Below, piece after piece: positions 1 to 11,570 of a stretch of 64,000 nucleotides of DNA (position 1 is the first letter of the stretch; each line of letters starts with the position of its first letter). Under the pieces are notes generated by a model, which worked only from the letters and a program-made list of their open reading frames with translations, was not told where the DNA came from and did not search any database. This stretch comes from Anaeromyxobacter sp. (GTDB lineage: Bacteria > Myxococcota > Myxococcia > Myxococcales > Anaeromyxobacteraceae), in assembly GCA_049840735.1 (NCBI GenBank), contig JASGJN010000022.1, forward strand, positions 908,778 through 972,777, written 5' to 3'. The position numbers and the translations under genes are program-made.

Positions 1-24
1 AGTGAACGTGCACCACGGAAGGTC

Positions 25-927
25 TTGCTGTCTCCCGTCGTTGTCGTCGCCAGTGGCGGTGAGTGGGAACTCGAACAGGGCGAGCTCGTCATTGGTCGCG
101 ATCCGAGTGCTCAGATTATGCTGGAGGATCCGCTGGTATCACGTTTTCACGCCCGTATCGTCGTGAGTGAGGACGGCCGAGTCGCTCTCGAGGACTTACA
201 AAGTGCCAATGGGATCTTCGTCAATGGCGTCAAATTGGCACGACAACGCATCGAACTCGGGGAAGGGGATCGATTGCTCATCGGCACGACCGAGGTGAGT
301 GTGTTCGGGATGCGCGTTTCGGCAATGGTTCGATTGGGCAAACAGGTGGCACGAATTGCTCCTCCCGTTCTTGCGCAACCCAAGTTGCCCGCATTCGGTA
401 CTGCCGTCGACTCCCCCGCGGCACCACGACTTGCACCACGACAACCCCGGCGTCCGGCAGTGACGGGGCGCACGGATGCAAGTCAGTTGGTGAGGCAGTT
501 CGCAGAACAATTGATGGAGACAGGTCATCCACTCGAAGCGGTGCGCGTGCTGTCGGAACACTTGCAGAATCTCGTGAAAGGAGCGTCTGCTGGACTTAGC
601 GTGCCGGAAGTGATTCTGGAGAGTGCGGCACGCTCTGCGCTTCGTCTCCACCAGTGGACTGGGCGCGTGGCTTGGATCGAGTACGTATTCGAGCTCCACT
701 TGGCGAGCCTTGCCGTTCCGAGCACGGAATGTCTGGGAGAACTCGAACCGTTGCTCTCGACGACTGCCGTCGATTCATCGCTCGTTGGTTATTTCGTCAA
801 GACCCTCGAGCGGCGCGCCGAGCCCCTTTCCTCCGAAGAATTGGAACAACTCAAGCGACTCGAGCGGTTCGCCGTCGCCGTTTCCTCGTCACCTGACCCA
901 AAGAGCACGCGTGAGGGGTCGCGGTGA
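25..927 (+). CDS. FHA domain-containing protein
   Basis: N-terminal FHA motifs IGR..., VSRFHARI, LEDLQSANGIFVNG, LGEGDRLLIG; helical C-terminal region. Start codon uncertain. Confidence 0.85.
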   Translation: MLSPVVVVASGGEWELEQGELVIGRDPSAQIMLEDPLVSRFHARIVVSEDGRVALEDLQSANGIFVNGVKLARQRIELGEGDRLLIGTTEVSVFGMRVSAMVRLGKQVARIAPPVLAQPKLPAFGTAVDSPAAPRLAPRQPRRPAVTGRTDASQLVRQFAEQLMETGHPLEAVRVLSEHLQNLVKGASAGLSVPEVILESAARSALRLHQWTGRVAWIEYVFELHLASLAVPSTECLGELEPLLSTTAVDSSLVGYFVKTLERRAEPLSSEELEQLKRLERFAVAVSSSPDPKSTREGSR

Positions 928-1289
928 ACGCAACCATGACCGGCGGCGCAAGCCCTTGCAGCCGTCCACGTCTACCTCACTGAGGCGACCGACGCGGGGA
1001 ACGTTCACTCCGAAAAGCCGAGCAGTCACGAGCACCTACGTCGCTGAAGCCATCGTCGCGTCGCAGGTTCACGAAGCAAGAGCGGTGCATGTGCCAAAAC
1101 GGGAGCTCCTTCTCGGTGGATGTGCGCAAATGGGTTGTCGGTCCACTCTCGGCTGGAGGAGCGATGGTCGGTGCTCGAGGAAGACCCTGACTCGACCGAA
1201 TCTCCTTCAGGCGCCTGCCACTCGGGGAGCGTCGCCTGTTTCCATCATTGCGCTTCTATTCTGCGCTGACCGAGCCGTATCTCTCCGTT

Positions 1290-3105
1290 ATGGCGCTGCC
1301 ACTTCGGATCAAATTGTTCGCGCTTCCAGTCGCGGCGATCTTGGCGATGAGCCTATTCGTCGGGCCGGTTCTCTATGGTGTGATGAAGCGGACTACAGAA
1401 GGACAAGCGCTTCAGGCGCTCGAGCGCACAGGCAACGACGCCACTGGACGACTCAATCGCGCCGTTCAAGAGACCCTCGCCATCGCTCTGCACGTCGCGG
1501 CTCGACCGGACATAGCCGTGGCATTCGCCCACGGACAGTCACTGCCTGGGTTCGAGGAGATTTTACGCGCGGAATCCGGTTTGGGCATCGACGAATTGCG
1601 ACTCTACCGAAGCGCAAATGAGCCACCCGTTTATCTTCGTGCACCCGGATCCGTGGCACGGGAGTCGACGATCGAGTCATCACCGATCGACGATGCCCTT
1701 CGCGGACGAAGCTCATCGGGGCTGACCTTCGACAAGCTGGAAGGGGTCGTCGTTCGCGCGTTCGTGCCGGTTCGTCGCGACAACGGCGTTTCGGGAGTGC
1801 TCGTGGCAAGTGCGCCAATCAGTCGCTCGCACGCCTTCGTGGATTCCGTACAAGCTGACACCCGTGCCCATTGCACGCTCTTCGTGGGCTCGCAGCGCGT
1901 GTCGACGACCATCCGCAAGGGTGACGGTCGAGCGATTGGGACCCTCCTGGCCAACCCCACGATTGAAGCTCAAGTGCTCTCGGAGGGGCGCGAGTACCTC
2001 GGGCGTTCGATGATTTTGGGGCGTGAGCACGTCGCGAGTTATCGGCCACTGAAGAACAGTGCCGGTAAGGCACTGGGGATGCTCTTCGTCGGGATCGAAT
2101 CAATCCGAGAGCCAGGCTGCCACTCGGGACGTTCTGTCTTCCGTTACGTGGGCCGCGTTGGGCTCTCTCGTCATATTCGGACTGCTCGGGTGGCGATTGG
2201 CGCAGCATATTGCACGCCCCATTCTCGAGACGGCGACCTTTGCGCATCGGCTGGCCCGAGGGGACTTGGGGCACGTCCTGAAGGTCACGGCCAAGGACGA
2301 GATTGGTGCGATGGGCGGCGCCCTACGCAAGATGCACGTACAGCTGAAATCGGTCGTGACGGTGGTCCAAAATGCAGCTCGCTCGGTCTCGTCGAGCACG
2401 CGTCAGCTTTCAGAAGCTGCGGAACAGTTGGGCAACAACTCGAGCGTGCAGGCGTCTTCTGCTGAAGAGCTCAATCGCGCGATGGAGCGACTGTCTGCGG
2501 ACGCGAAGGAGATGAGGCTTCAGGTGGAGCGAGCGAAAGCCGCAGCGCAAAGCGCTGCGGAGCGCCTGATCGAGAGCGGATCGAAGGTTCACGAGTCTGC
2601 TGAGGCCACGAATCAGATTGCCGTCGCGATTGCCGACGTCGATGCCATTGCACGTCGAACCAACCTCTTGGCGCTCAATGCTGCCATCGAAGCTGCTCGT
2701 GCTGGCGATGCCGGACTTGGCTTCGCCGTCGTGGCTGCGGAGGTCCGACGACTAGCCGAGCAGAGTCTGTCGGCGTCGCAGACGATCGCCGCCGTCGCCA
2801 AACGAGGCGTCGCGTTGTCGGTTGAAACTCGCGCCCTGACGGAGCGTGCCGTGTCGAGCGTTGAACAATCGGCGCAGCTCTCACAAGACGTGATGCGATT
2901 GGCAGACGGGCAATTGACGGTAGTCGAAGAGGTTGCCAAAGCGACTGCCTATCTCGAGAACGTCGTTCATGCGAACTCTGCGGCTTCCGAGGAACTCGCT
3001 GCGAGTTCTCAGGAACTCGCAGGTCGTGCCAATGATCTGCACGACGCAACCGCGTTCTTCCACCTCGAATCGGGCGAAGCCGCACACGCGAACGACGCCG
3101 AATAG
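1290..3105 (+). CDS. Methyl-accepting chemotaxis protein (TM-Cache-TM-HAMP-MCP signalling domain), split by one frameshift near 2097
   Basis: Cache-like segment [16 protein letters not shown]...[18 protein letters not shown] in ORF 1248..2465; HAMP (KDEIGAM) and [37 protein letters not shown] in ORF 2059..3105. Removing one A from GAATC at 2097 joins the two. Confidence 0.9.
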
Positions 3106-3293
3106 GCCGGAAGAACGCGGAATCATTTCGATCAACCGAAGGTTCTGCGCCTGACCAACCGGTAGATCGACGGCGACTCGTCGGCTGGTGCGATCCGGGT
3201 GGATCTCGGGTTCGTTCGGCGCTAGGGCGGCAAGCCCTGCTCCTCTCGTTGCACGCGGTGCGCGGGGGGGAGCAACGTCGAAGACCGAGATCC

Positions 3294-5012
3294 ATGAGAG
3301 AGCCATTCCGACTGAGGCCCTATCAGCGCTCCGCCGTACAGGCGGTCCTTTCCCGCTACCAGGACAATGGCGAGCGACGCATGCTTCTCTACTTGCCAAC
3401 GGGGGCAGGCAAGACCGTCATAGCGACCTACATCATCAAGGCTCTCCGGGACGTACTCGGCAAGGCCGGGCGGACCTTGTTCGTCGCACACCGACAAGAG
3501 ATCTCTGATCAAACCGCCCGTACGCTCACGACGCATTTGCCTGGCGTCAGTGTTCAGGTCGAGCAAGGGGAACGCAGCGCCAATCCAAATACGGACATCG
3601 TGGTTGCTTCGGTGCAATCTCTCGTTCGTCGAAAGGAGCGCTACGATCCGAAGGCCTTTCGTCTGATCATTTGTGACGAGTGCCATCGTGCACTCGCGCC
3701 AAGTTGGGAAGACGTCATTTCCTACTTTTGGGCAGAGGCCAGCGAGCAGACGCTGCTCTTGGGAATGACCGCGACGCCTCGACGATCAGATGGTAAGTCC
3801 GTGCTCGACGTCTTTGGTCAGACGGCGTTCGAGATCTCGAGAACGGATCTCGAGGATCTCGGTTTCCTCGTGCCGATGCAGTACTTCACCGTCACGAGCG
3901 AGCTTGCTCTCGACAAGGTGAAGCTCTCCGGTGGTGATTTCCACGTTGGTGCTCTATCGAAGGTCATGAATACGCCGGAGTGCCGCGCCCTTGCCGTCAA
4001 GGCTTGGCTCGAACAGGGTGTCGGCAAGAAGACGATCGTCTTTTGCGCAGGCGTCGAGCATGCGACGAATCTGGCAATGGATCTGCAATCCATTGGGATC
4101 CGGGCGGAGAAGATCGACGGCAAGACAAAGGATCGAGCGGAACTGCTCGGAAGATTCCGCAGCGGAGAGATCCAGGTTCTCACCAATTATGGCGTATTGA
4201 CCGAGGGCTTCGATGATCCCGAGGTATCGTGCGTATTGATGGCGCGCCCAACTACGTCTCCACTGGTTTACACGCAGTGCGTAGGACGCGGGCTCCGCTC
4301 GTCTCCGGGCAAGTCGGCGTGCACCGTGATCAACCTCGTCGACCGCAGCACCCGCCAATTGCAGTATGACGCCGTGCAAATGGCGGGTCTGCCGACGCGC
4401 TGGCGATGTCGCGGTGGCAATCCATTCCGAGAGGCGGCGTCACTTCGTGGGGTCAAAGTAACGAGTCCCGAAGCCTTCTTGCAAATCCGCAATGCGTCTT
4501 CTCTGCAAGAGGTGCAATCGATTCTGATGAGTCTTCCGCCGAGCGTCGTGGTCGCGGGACTCGATGGCGAACCCGTACTTCGTTACACCATGGTCACCGA
4601 GCCCATCGAGCGCGAGCGCGCGGATCGCGAGGTGAAGCAACTCCTCAAGCAGGCGCAAGTGTTCGGTGCGAAGGTTGCCATCGAAGAAGACGTGGTTCGG
4701 GTGACGTTTCGCCACGAAGAGACCGACAACGAACGTTACGCGCCGCTGCTTTGGCATCTGTCCCAAGCCACGGGGCGACGGATCGAATACAGCCGTGCCA
4801 AGCGGAAGGAGAACGCGAACCCCAAGGTACTGTTGAAATCCATGTTGCCCGAAGGTTGTCGGATTACGGCTTTCGAGTCTGCGACGGACGAGAGCGCTAT
4901 CGTGGCGAATATCTCAGGCCTTGCTCCACGGGAGCTCGAAGTGCTAGCCCGGGATTTCTTTACGGAGTACGGCGTTGCCCTCAAGGTCAAGGGGCAGATG
5001 TCGCTCTTTTGA
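3294..5012 (+). CDS. SF2 DEAD/DEAH-box helicase (ResIII + Helicase_C; Irc3/RadD-like) with a C-terminal extension
   Basis: Motifs LRPYQ, LPTGAGKT, DECH, GMTATP, VLTEGFD, QCVGRGLR. Confidence 0.9.
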   Translation: MREPFRLRPYQRSAVQAVLSRYQDNGERRMLLYLPTGAGKTVIATYIIKALRDVLGKAGRTLFVAHRQEISDQTARTLTTHLPGVSVQVEQGERSANPNTDIVVASVQSLVRRKERYDPKAFRLIICDECHRALAPSWEDVISYFWAEASEQTLLLGMTATPRRSDGKSVLDVFGQTAFEISRTDLEDLGFLVPMQYFTVTSELALDKVKLSGGDFHVGALSKVMNTPECRALAVKAWLEQGVGKKTIVFCAGVEHATNLAMDLQSIGIRAEKIDGKTKDRAELLGRFRSGEIQVLTNYGVLTEGFDDPEVSCVLMARPTTSPLVYTQCVGRGLRSSPGKSACTVINLVDRSTRQLQYDAVQMAGLPTRWRCRGGNPFREAASLRGVKVTSPEAFLQIRNASSLQEVQSILMSLPPSVVVAGLDGEPVLRYTMVTEPIERERADREVKQLLKQAQVFGAKVAIEEDVVRVTFRHEETDNERYAPLLWHLSQATGRRIEYSRAKRKENANPKVLLKSMLPEGCRITAFESATDESAIVANISGLAPRELEVLARDFFTEYGVALKVKGQMSLF

Positions 5013-5196
5013 CGCGTTACCTCGGTTCTTTCGATGACCCGATCCAACGTCGAAGAAATCTGGCCGTGCCGGCTGTTTTTGCCGGTGCGGCGTGGCAACG
5101 GTTCACGGTAAATGTCGGTTTTTGTCCACCGAGTGCGGCGCGACTCTCCCGCGAACGGCTTTCAAGCACTCTCGAAGCGTGCTACGAACCACCGAC

Positions 5197-5829
5197 ATGA
5201 GTGGTGGCAAGTGGCTCGGAGTGATCTTGGGGGTCGCCGTATTCGATGTGGGAGCGTCGGCGTTCGCGCAAGCCAGCAGCTCGGCAGCGGCTCCTCAAGG
5301 GGTTCCACCGCCGCCTCCAGGGTATGTGTACGTTCCAACGAGTTCGTTGCCTCAGCTGTCACCGTTGGCGAAACCTGCTCCTGAGCTCGATTATCGCGAT
5401 GGTGAGCCAGTGCCGTCGGGTTACCACATCGAGGAAAAGCCAATTCGTGGGCTCGTGGTTGCAGGTTACATCGTGTCTGCGATCCCGTATGAAATCGGCG
5501 TCATGGTTGCGACGGGCTCTCAGTTCTCGAACCGGACAGAGATGTTGCTTTTCCCGTACTTCGGCCCTTGGCTCACTCTCGGACTCCGGGAGTCATCGAC
5601 GTGCACGAGGACGAATGGAAGCGAGGGGTCCTCTCTCGGGTGTTTGGGTGATTCTCTCGCCGTGTCATTTTTGGTGATGGACGGGCTCGTGCAAGCCGCC
5701 GGGGGAGGCATGTTGCTCGGGGGATACCTCGGAACCCGTAAGCGATTGGTTTACGGGAGATCGGGTTGGAATTGGTCTCCTGGGTTCGTCGGCAATGGCT
5801 ATGGAATCCGCGCTGCCGGCGCATTCTAG
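5197..5829 (+). CDS. Hypothetical exported/membrane protein of myxobacterial type
   Basis: Signal-like N-terminus, PPPPGY segment, hydrophobic helices, C-terminal beta-strands ending GAF. Confidence 0.65.
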   Translation: MSGGKWLGVILGVAVFDVGASAFAQASSSAAAPQGVPPPPPGYVYVPTSSLPQLSPLAKPAPELDYRDGEPVPSGYHIEEKPIRGLVVAGYIVSAIPYEIGVMVATGSQFSNRTEMLLFPYFGPWLTLGLRESSTCTRTNGSEGSSLGCLGDSLAVSFLVMDGLVQAAGGGMLLGGYLGTRKRLVYGRSGWNWSPGFVGNGYGIRAAGAF

Positions 5830-5868
5830 GGTGATCGGGGTCCTTCGAGACCGCGCCGTCTAGAAATC

Positions 5869-6522
5869 ATGCTAGGCTTGCGAGCGGCAATGCGCCAACC
5901 GGTCCCACCAACCTTGCGCGTGCGCGGCTCTTGCGTAGTGCCACTAATTCTCGTTTGTTGTTCTCTCGATCCGGTATCTCAGGATCCGGCAGCAGAGCGA
6001 GGTGGCGAGCGCGGAATACCGTCTGTGGGGCTCGGCGGCGCGAAAGCTGGCGGTGACCAACCGGGCAGCATCGACGGTCGTCCCGACAATGGCTATTCCA
6101 GTGGTGGAGTCGTCACCGAATCAGAGGTGGTGATGGGCGGCGCTCAGGCCACGTCCTCTTGGGATGCATCGGGTGGAGCGGCAGCTGGAACTGGCTCGAG
6201 TACGAGCACGGAGAACGGTGGCGTTTCGTCGAACGGTGGGAGCTCCGCGGTGCCAGAAAACCTCGGAGGAAGTTCCGGCAGTTACGGCAATTCTGGCTCC
6301 GGGAGCTCGAGCAGCGGTGCAAGCAGCACCCTGAGCGCCGGCAACGCCGGGATCCTCGGTTCTGGCGGCGCTGGAAGCCTGAATAGCGCAGGGGCTTTCA
6401 ATGGGGAGGGCTCCGGGAACGTGAGTGGTTCTGGCCGTGGTGGTGGATCCGGAATCTGTGACGAAAATCCGGGTTGCGTGAATCGCGGTGCCCGTGGTGG
6501 GGCCAGCGAATCCGGCGGATAG
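5869..6522 (+). CDS. Hypothetical Gly/Ser-rich protein, possibly a lipoprotein
   Basis: Hydrophobic stretch ending LVCC followed by a long Gly/Ser low-complexity linker. Confidence 0.4.
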   Translation: MLGLRAAMRQPVPPTLRVRGSCVVPLILVCCSLDPVSQDPAAERGGERGIPSVGLGGAKAGGDQPGSIDGRPDNGYSSGGVVTESEVVMGGAQATSSWDASGGAAAGTGSSTSTENGGVSSNGGSSAVPENLGGSSGSYGNSGSGSSSSGASSTLSAGNAGILGSGGAGSLNSAGAFNGEGSGNVSGSGRGGGSGICDENPGCVNRGARGGASESGG

Positions 6523-6580
6523 AGCTCCTCCGCGCTCGCGATCACGCCGCATGACGAACGTAGCGCACACGGCCCCTAGC

Positions 6581-6915
6581 GCGCGGCACGTTGCGAGCGC
6601 GGCACGTTGCGAGCGCGGCACGTTGCGAGCGCGGCACGTTGCGAGCGCGGCAGTGCCCACGGTATCGAGTGAACGCGGCACGTTGCGAGCGCGGCACGTT
6701 GCGAGCGCGGCAGTGCCCACGGTATCGAGTGAACGCGGCACGTTGCGAGCGCGGCACGTTGCGAGCGCGGCACGTTGCGAGCGCGGCACGTTGCGAGCGC
6801 GGCACGTTGCGAGCGCGGCACGTTGCGAGCGCGGCAGTGCCCACGGTGTCTGGCGAGCGGGGCACGTTGCGAACGCGGCACGTTGCGAGCGCAGCAGTGC
6901 CCACGGTGTCTGGCG
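6581..6915. repeat. Composite tandem repeat of a 16-bp unit A (GCGCGGCACGTTGCGA) and a 28-bp unit B (GCGCGGCAGTGCCCACGGTATCGAGTGA and variants), arranged A4-B-A2-B-A6-B-A2-B
   Basis: Read directly from the sequence. Confidence 0.95.
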
Positions 6916-7360
6916 CTTCACGCAACGCGGTTGTCGTGCCCTCTCCGTTGCCGTTGTTGATCCCGAGTTGCCCGCCGATTCGCGTCAGATGCGTCAGCTG
7001 TCGTCGACGTGGTGTTGCTGTGATTCACTACCGTAGCCCAACTATCACTCATCGCCCGAGGAGCCGCGCTCGTCAACTTCGGGGGGCTTTGCGTCTTATG
7101 CGTGAGTTGCGCGCCATCGTAAAGAGTGTTCTTGATGAACATCAAGTTTTGGCGCCTCGTTCAAGGCGTGCCGAGTGCTGAAGCGCGTACGCGCGTCGCA
7201 CCCAAAGCGAATTCGAGGAACGGAGTGTCGAGCTAGCCTCTTGTTCGCGAGGGGCTTTGTCTTGAGTGAACACGGTGGTTGGGGACTTCAAAGGTTGCAT
7301 TGAGCAGCTTTGCGATTGGATTTCGCTGAGAATTGCGCGAGTCGACGTTGCTCGTGTCGT

Positions 7361-7376
7361 TGGCACGTATTCTGCT
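7361..7376 (+). promoter_or_regulatory. Putative sigma54 (-24/-12) promoter
   Basis: TGGCACGTATTCTGCT has GG-N10-GC spacing, is close to the TGGCACG-N4-TTGCW consensus and points toward the protease gene at 7676. Confidence 0.6.
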
Positions 7377-7675
7377 TTGGCGCGCTGCGGATGTGAACGA
7401 GGCGCCCGCGAACCGTCGTGTCGCGGAAGGCCAACTCGACGGACGAGCGAGTGAGACAGTCGCTCTTGGAATTGCAGAGTGGCCCAAGAAGGGATTTCGA
7501 AGGGAGTCTGACGTTGACGTGAATAGGGCTGAGTAACGTCTCGTCCAAGTATCACTGCGCTTACTGGGGCGAGCATCATCGATTGGGAGCACTGGGGTAA
7601 CGCATTTCCCACGAATTGCGCGGCTGGGTGCGCCTGTTTGCCCGAATGGGCACAGCGAAAATGTGGAGGAGTGAA

Positions 7676-10600
7676 ATGAGAATACGGCACGAATTTATGG
7701 GGATAAGGTCAACGGTAGGGTTTGGGTTATTGGCGGCCATCGTTGGTTGTAACGAGTCACCGCGGAACTCGGAGAAGAACGTGACAGCGAGTGAAGCTGC
7801 GGTGACGCAGCTGCGATCCTCGAGCCCTGCGGCGAAGATGACGCTGGCCAAAGGTCGCGTGCAGCGGGTTCATGGTCCAAATCTGGCAACGGGGGCGACG
7901 CCGCGTGACAGCAGCGAGCGATTTCGGTCCAATCACGCTGCGGCGTTCGGAATCGCACCCGAGGATCTGAGCGTCCTTACGCCGAAAACTGCGACCGCAC
8001 TCGCCGATTCGGGTCTAGGGCTCATGTATGACAAAGCCACGGGGCGATATAAGTATCGATTGTATCGCTATGGACAAACCGCCGACGGTTTGCGCGTTGC
8101 GGGTGGCGAATTACGCACATTGGTCCGGGAGGGGGGCCAAAATCCCGTCGTTTGGGCCAAGTCTACCGTTCGGCATTTTCAGACACCCTTCATGGCCCGT
8201 CACATCGCGTCTCGCTCTCCAGAGCTCGACAAGACGCTCGCGGCCGTGCAGCGGGCGTGGCAGCTCCATCCGCGACAAGAACCTGCGCCACGGCAGATTG
8301 CCGTGAACGGTCCGGTCGAGCGCGTCGTTTTTGCTGGCACGGACGCCAAAGCCCGTGAGCCCGTCGCCGCAATCGAGTATCAAGTGACGTCGCGGTCCCC
8401 AGAGAGCTCGTGGACGGTGATCGCCGACGCGCAGTCGGGCGACGTGCTCGATATCGAGAACAACGATGCACTCGAGAACGTGAGCGGGACCATTCGAGGA
8501 TGGGCTACTCCGGGGTCACGTGCGATGGACTGCGACGCGGAGCTCCTCACCAATTTGCCCTACGCGCAGGTGACCAACTCGACCTTGGGAACCTTTCACG
8601 CCGATGCAATGGGCTCATTCAGCGTCACCAATTCGGGAACCGAGGCGCTCGTACTGAGCTCTCCGGTGGGTGGGCAGTACTTCGACGTTACAGACTATGC
8701 CGGGCAAAACGAGACCTTGTTTCAGACCGTGGTTCCTCCGGGGCTAGCAGACTTTCTGCACAATCCGCTCAATGCAACCGATGCGCTTCGCGCCCAGTCG
8801 AACGCCTACGTGCACGCCAACGAGGTGCGCGACTTCCTCCTGTCGTTCGTACCGAATTATCCGACGATCTCGACGCAACAGAACTTCCCCATCGTCGTCA
8901 ATCGGACGGACTCCTACTGTCCTGGTAACGCCTGGTACAGCAGCGCCGGGCCGTCGATGAACTTTTGCGTTAGCTCCGCGACCTACGGAAATACTGCCTT
9001 TGGGAACGTCATCCATCACGAGTACGGTCACCACATCGTCAATGCAGGTGGTAGCGGTCAGGGGGCTTATGGCGAAGGCATGGGCGACGTCGTCGCGGTG
9101 CTGCTCAGCGACGATCCGGGGCTGGGTTACGGTTTTTACCTGAACAACTGTACGACGCCCCTTCGTAATGCCGACAACGACTGTCAGTATTCCGCAACGA
9201 GCTGTTCATCTTGCGGTTCGGAGTCCCACGCCTGTGGGCGACTCCTCTCTGGAATCGCGTGGGATATCCGCAACGCTCTCATGGCCGTCGATCCGACGAA
9301 CTACCGGAACGTCCTTGCGGCTTTGTTCCTCAATTCTGTGCCAATGCACACGGGTACCGCAATCGACGAAAGTATCGCCGAGGACCTACTCACCCTAGAC
9401 GACAACGACGGGGACCTGAACAACGGCTCTCCCCATTACCAGCAGATCTGCGCGGGATTTGCCGCACATGGGCTCAGCTGTCCTCCGGTTTCCGTTGGGC
9501 TCGGAGTCTCCCCAGACACAGAGGTACATTTCGAAGGGCCCACGGGCGGCCCGTTCACACCCGCGACTTCGACGTTCCAAGTCACCAACTACGGTCCGGA
9601 TGCGACACTTGCATATTCCGTACAAGTGCCGGCCAATGCGTCCTGGTTGACCGTGGCGAATCCCACTGGCGAGATCCCTCTCGGTCAGACCGTCACCGTC
9701 ACTGCGGCCATCGACCAGGCCGTGGCGAGCCAGCTGCCGAATGGTGCTTATGACGCCCAACTGAACTTCGTCAACACGACGAACGGGGTGGGCAACGAGG
9801 CGCATTCGGTTCGTCTCCAGGTGGGGCAACCCGCTACGGTCTTTTCGGAGGACTTCTCCACGGGCCTAGGCAAATTCACTCTCGATGGCAGCACCGGAAA
9901 CTACTGGCACGTGACCTCCGCCTGCCGCGACTCGCTCACCGGTCATAGCGTGCCCGGGAGTCTCTACTTCGGGAGCGATTCGACGTGCACCTTCGCGTTG
10001 GGTGATGTGTCCGGATCGGTGACTTCCTCGGAGATCTCGATTCTCGGATACCTCGCTTGCAAAACTGGAATTCAACTACTACCTGGTGACCGAGAACTCG
10101 AGCACCTTCGACGTTGCCTCCGCGCAAATCTCCGTCAACGGTGGAGCCTACCAGGTCGTTGCAAGCAACAACAAGGGCGGTTTCGACCTCGCGGACGGCG
10201 TGACGACGTGGCAAAAGGTGTCCGTAGATCTGTCGACGTTTCTCGGCGGGCTGTCGTCCGCAAAGATCCGCGTGCGATTCTTCTTCGACACCATCGACTC
10301 GATTGCGAACGGTTACGCGGGGTTTTACGTCGACGACGTGGTGGTGTCTGCGATGCCAACCGCTTGTACGAGTGACGCACAATGCGACGATGGGCTCGTC
10401 TGCAATGGCGTCGAGCAGTGCAGTAATGGTGGGTGCGTCGCGGGGACGGCCGTGGTGTGCGACGATGGCATCGGCTGCACCGTGGATGCTTGCAGCGAAA
10501 CCCTGGGCTGCATTGGCTCCCCCAACGATGCAGCATGCTCGGACGGGGCCGCCTGTAACGGCAAGGAGACGTGTAGCGCCACGTTGGGCTGCATCGCGGG

Positions 10601-11345
10601 CGCAGCGCTCGATTGCAACGACGGAAGCGTGTGTACGACCGACACCTGTGTGGAGCCCCTCGGCTGTCAACATACTCAGGTGACGTGTAGTGACGGCAAT
10701 GCGTGCACCGCGGATAGCTGCAATGTAACGACGGGTTGTCAGCATACGACGTCAAATTGCAATGACGGCAATGCGTGCACCGTAGATACCTGCGATGTCG
10801 TTCAAGGATGTAAGTCGGTCGCCGTCGATTGCAGCGATGGTGACGCATGTACGACCGACACCTGCGACGTCAACATGGGGTGCGCTCATACGCCGACCTC
10901 CTGTGACGATGGCAATCCATGTACCGTAGATAGTTGCAATTCGAGTTCGGGTTGTTCCCACGTCGCCGCGGCAAATGGACTGAGTTGCACCGACGACGGT
11001 AATCCTTGCACGTCGGACGTTTGCTCTGCCGGGCTCTGCACTCACCCTGCGAGTGGCACTTGTGGTGCCAATCCTTGCTCCGGATTCTGCCAGAACCCAG
11101 TGACGTTTTCGGGAACCTTCCAGTCCGGCAACCTCGGCACGGGCGCAACCTGTCACGAAACCAAGGGCACCATCAACGGTGGCAATTGCGGTAACTTCGC
11201 CAGCGGACGGATCCTGACGGTCAATGGGCAGACCATGCCTTGCAACAACGGTAATTGGTCCGCGCTCCCGGCCAGAGTCAATGGCGGCTACTGCGTTCAG
11301 ACGACGGCCGGTAACTATTCGTGGGCGTACTTCGTGACTTGGTGA
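7676..11345 (+). CDS. Secreted zinc metalloprotease (M4/M36-like gluzincin) with a BACON-like domain, a beta-sandwich domain, Dictyostelium-type Cys repeats and a C-terminal Cys-containing module; frameshift near 10039
   Basis: RBS GGAGGA; lipobox-like IVGC; FTP/PepSY-like propeptide; NAWY, HHEYGH and GEGMGD; repeats CxDGNxCTxDxC. Removing one T from GATTC at 10039 joins ORF 7616..10375 to ORF 10086..11345. Confidence 0.85.
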
Positions 11346-11404
11346 ACGTCTGTCGATGATTAGAGGCGTTCCACGCGCGAGCTGCGTGCTTGGTCGCCCA
11401 GGGT

Positions 11405-11450
11405 AACGCCTTTCGATGGCATGCGCCGTGTCATCGAAAGGCGTTTTTTT
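11405..11450 (+). terminator. Rho-independent terminator
   Basis: AACGCCTTTCGATGGCAT-GCGCC-GTGTCATCGAAAGGCGTT followed by a T run, 60 bp after the protease stop codon. Confidence 0.85.
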
Positions 11451-11570
11451 GCAACGACTCAGGACGTCGGCTCGTGCATTCGAGCGAGTCGCGTCGTGGA
11501 CGCCGAGTTCGGAGTCGTCAGGGCGTCGAGCCTCAGGTGCACTCCGTGGCGGTGAGCGAACTGGTGCGTT

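Noticed and set aside
3294..5012. Type I/III restriction-modification system
   Set aside because: No methyltransferase, specificity subunit or nuclease motif in or beside the helicase
6581..6915. Possible CRISPR array (repeats with interspersed segments)
   Set aside because: The interspersed segments are themselves repeated, there are no unique spacers, and no cas genes are present
6121..7181. Several overlapping ORFs with ARHVASAARCERGTL-type repeats
   Set aside because: They are artefacts of a stop-free tandem repeat that is open in most frames
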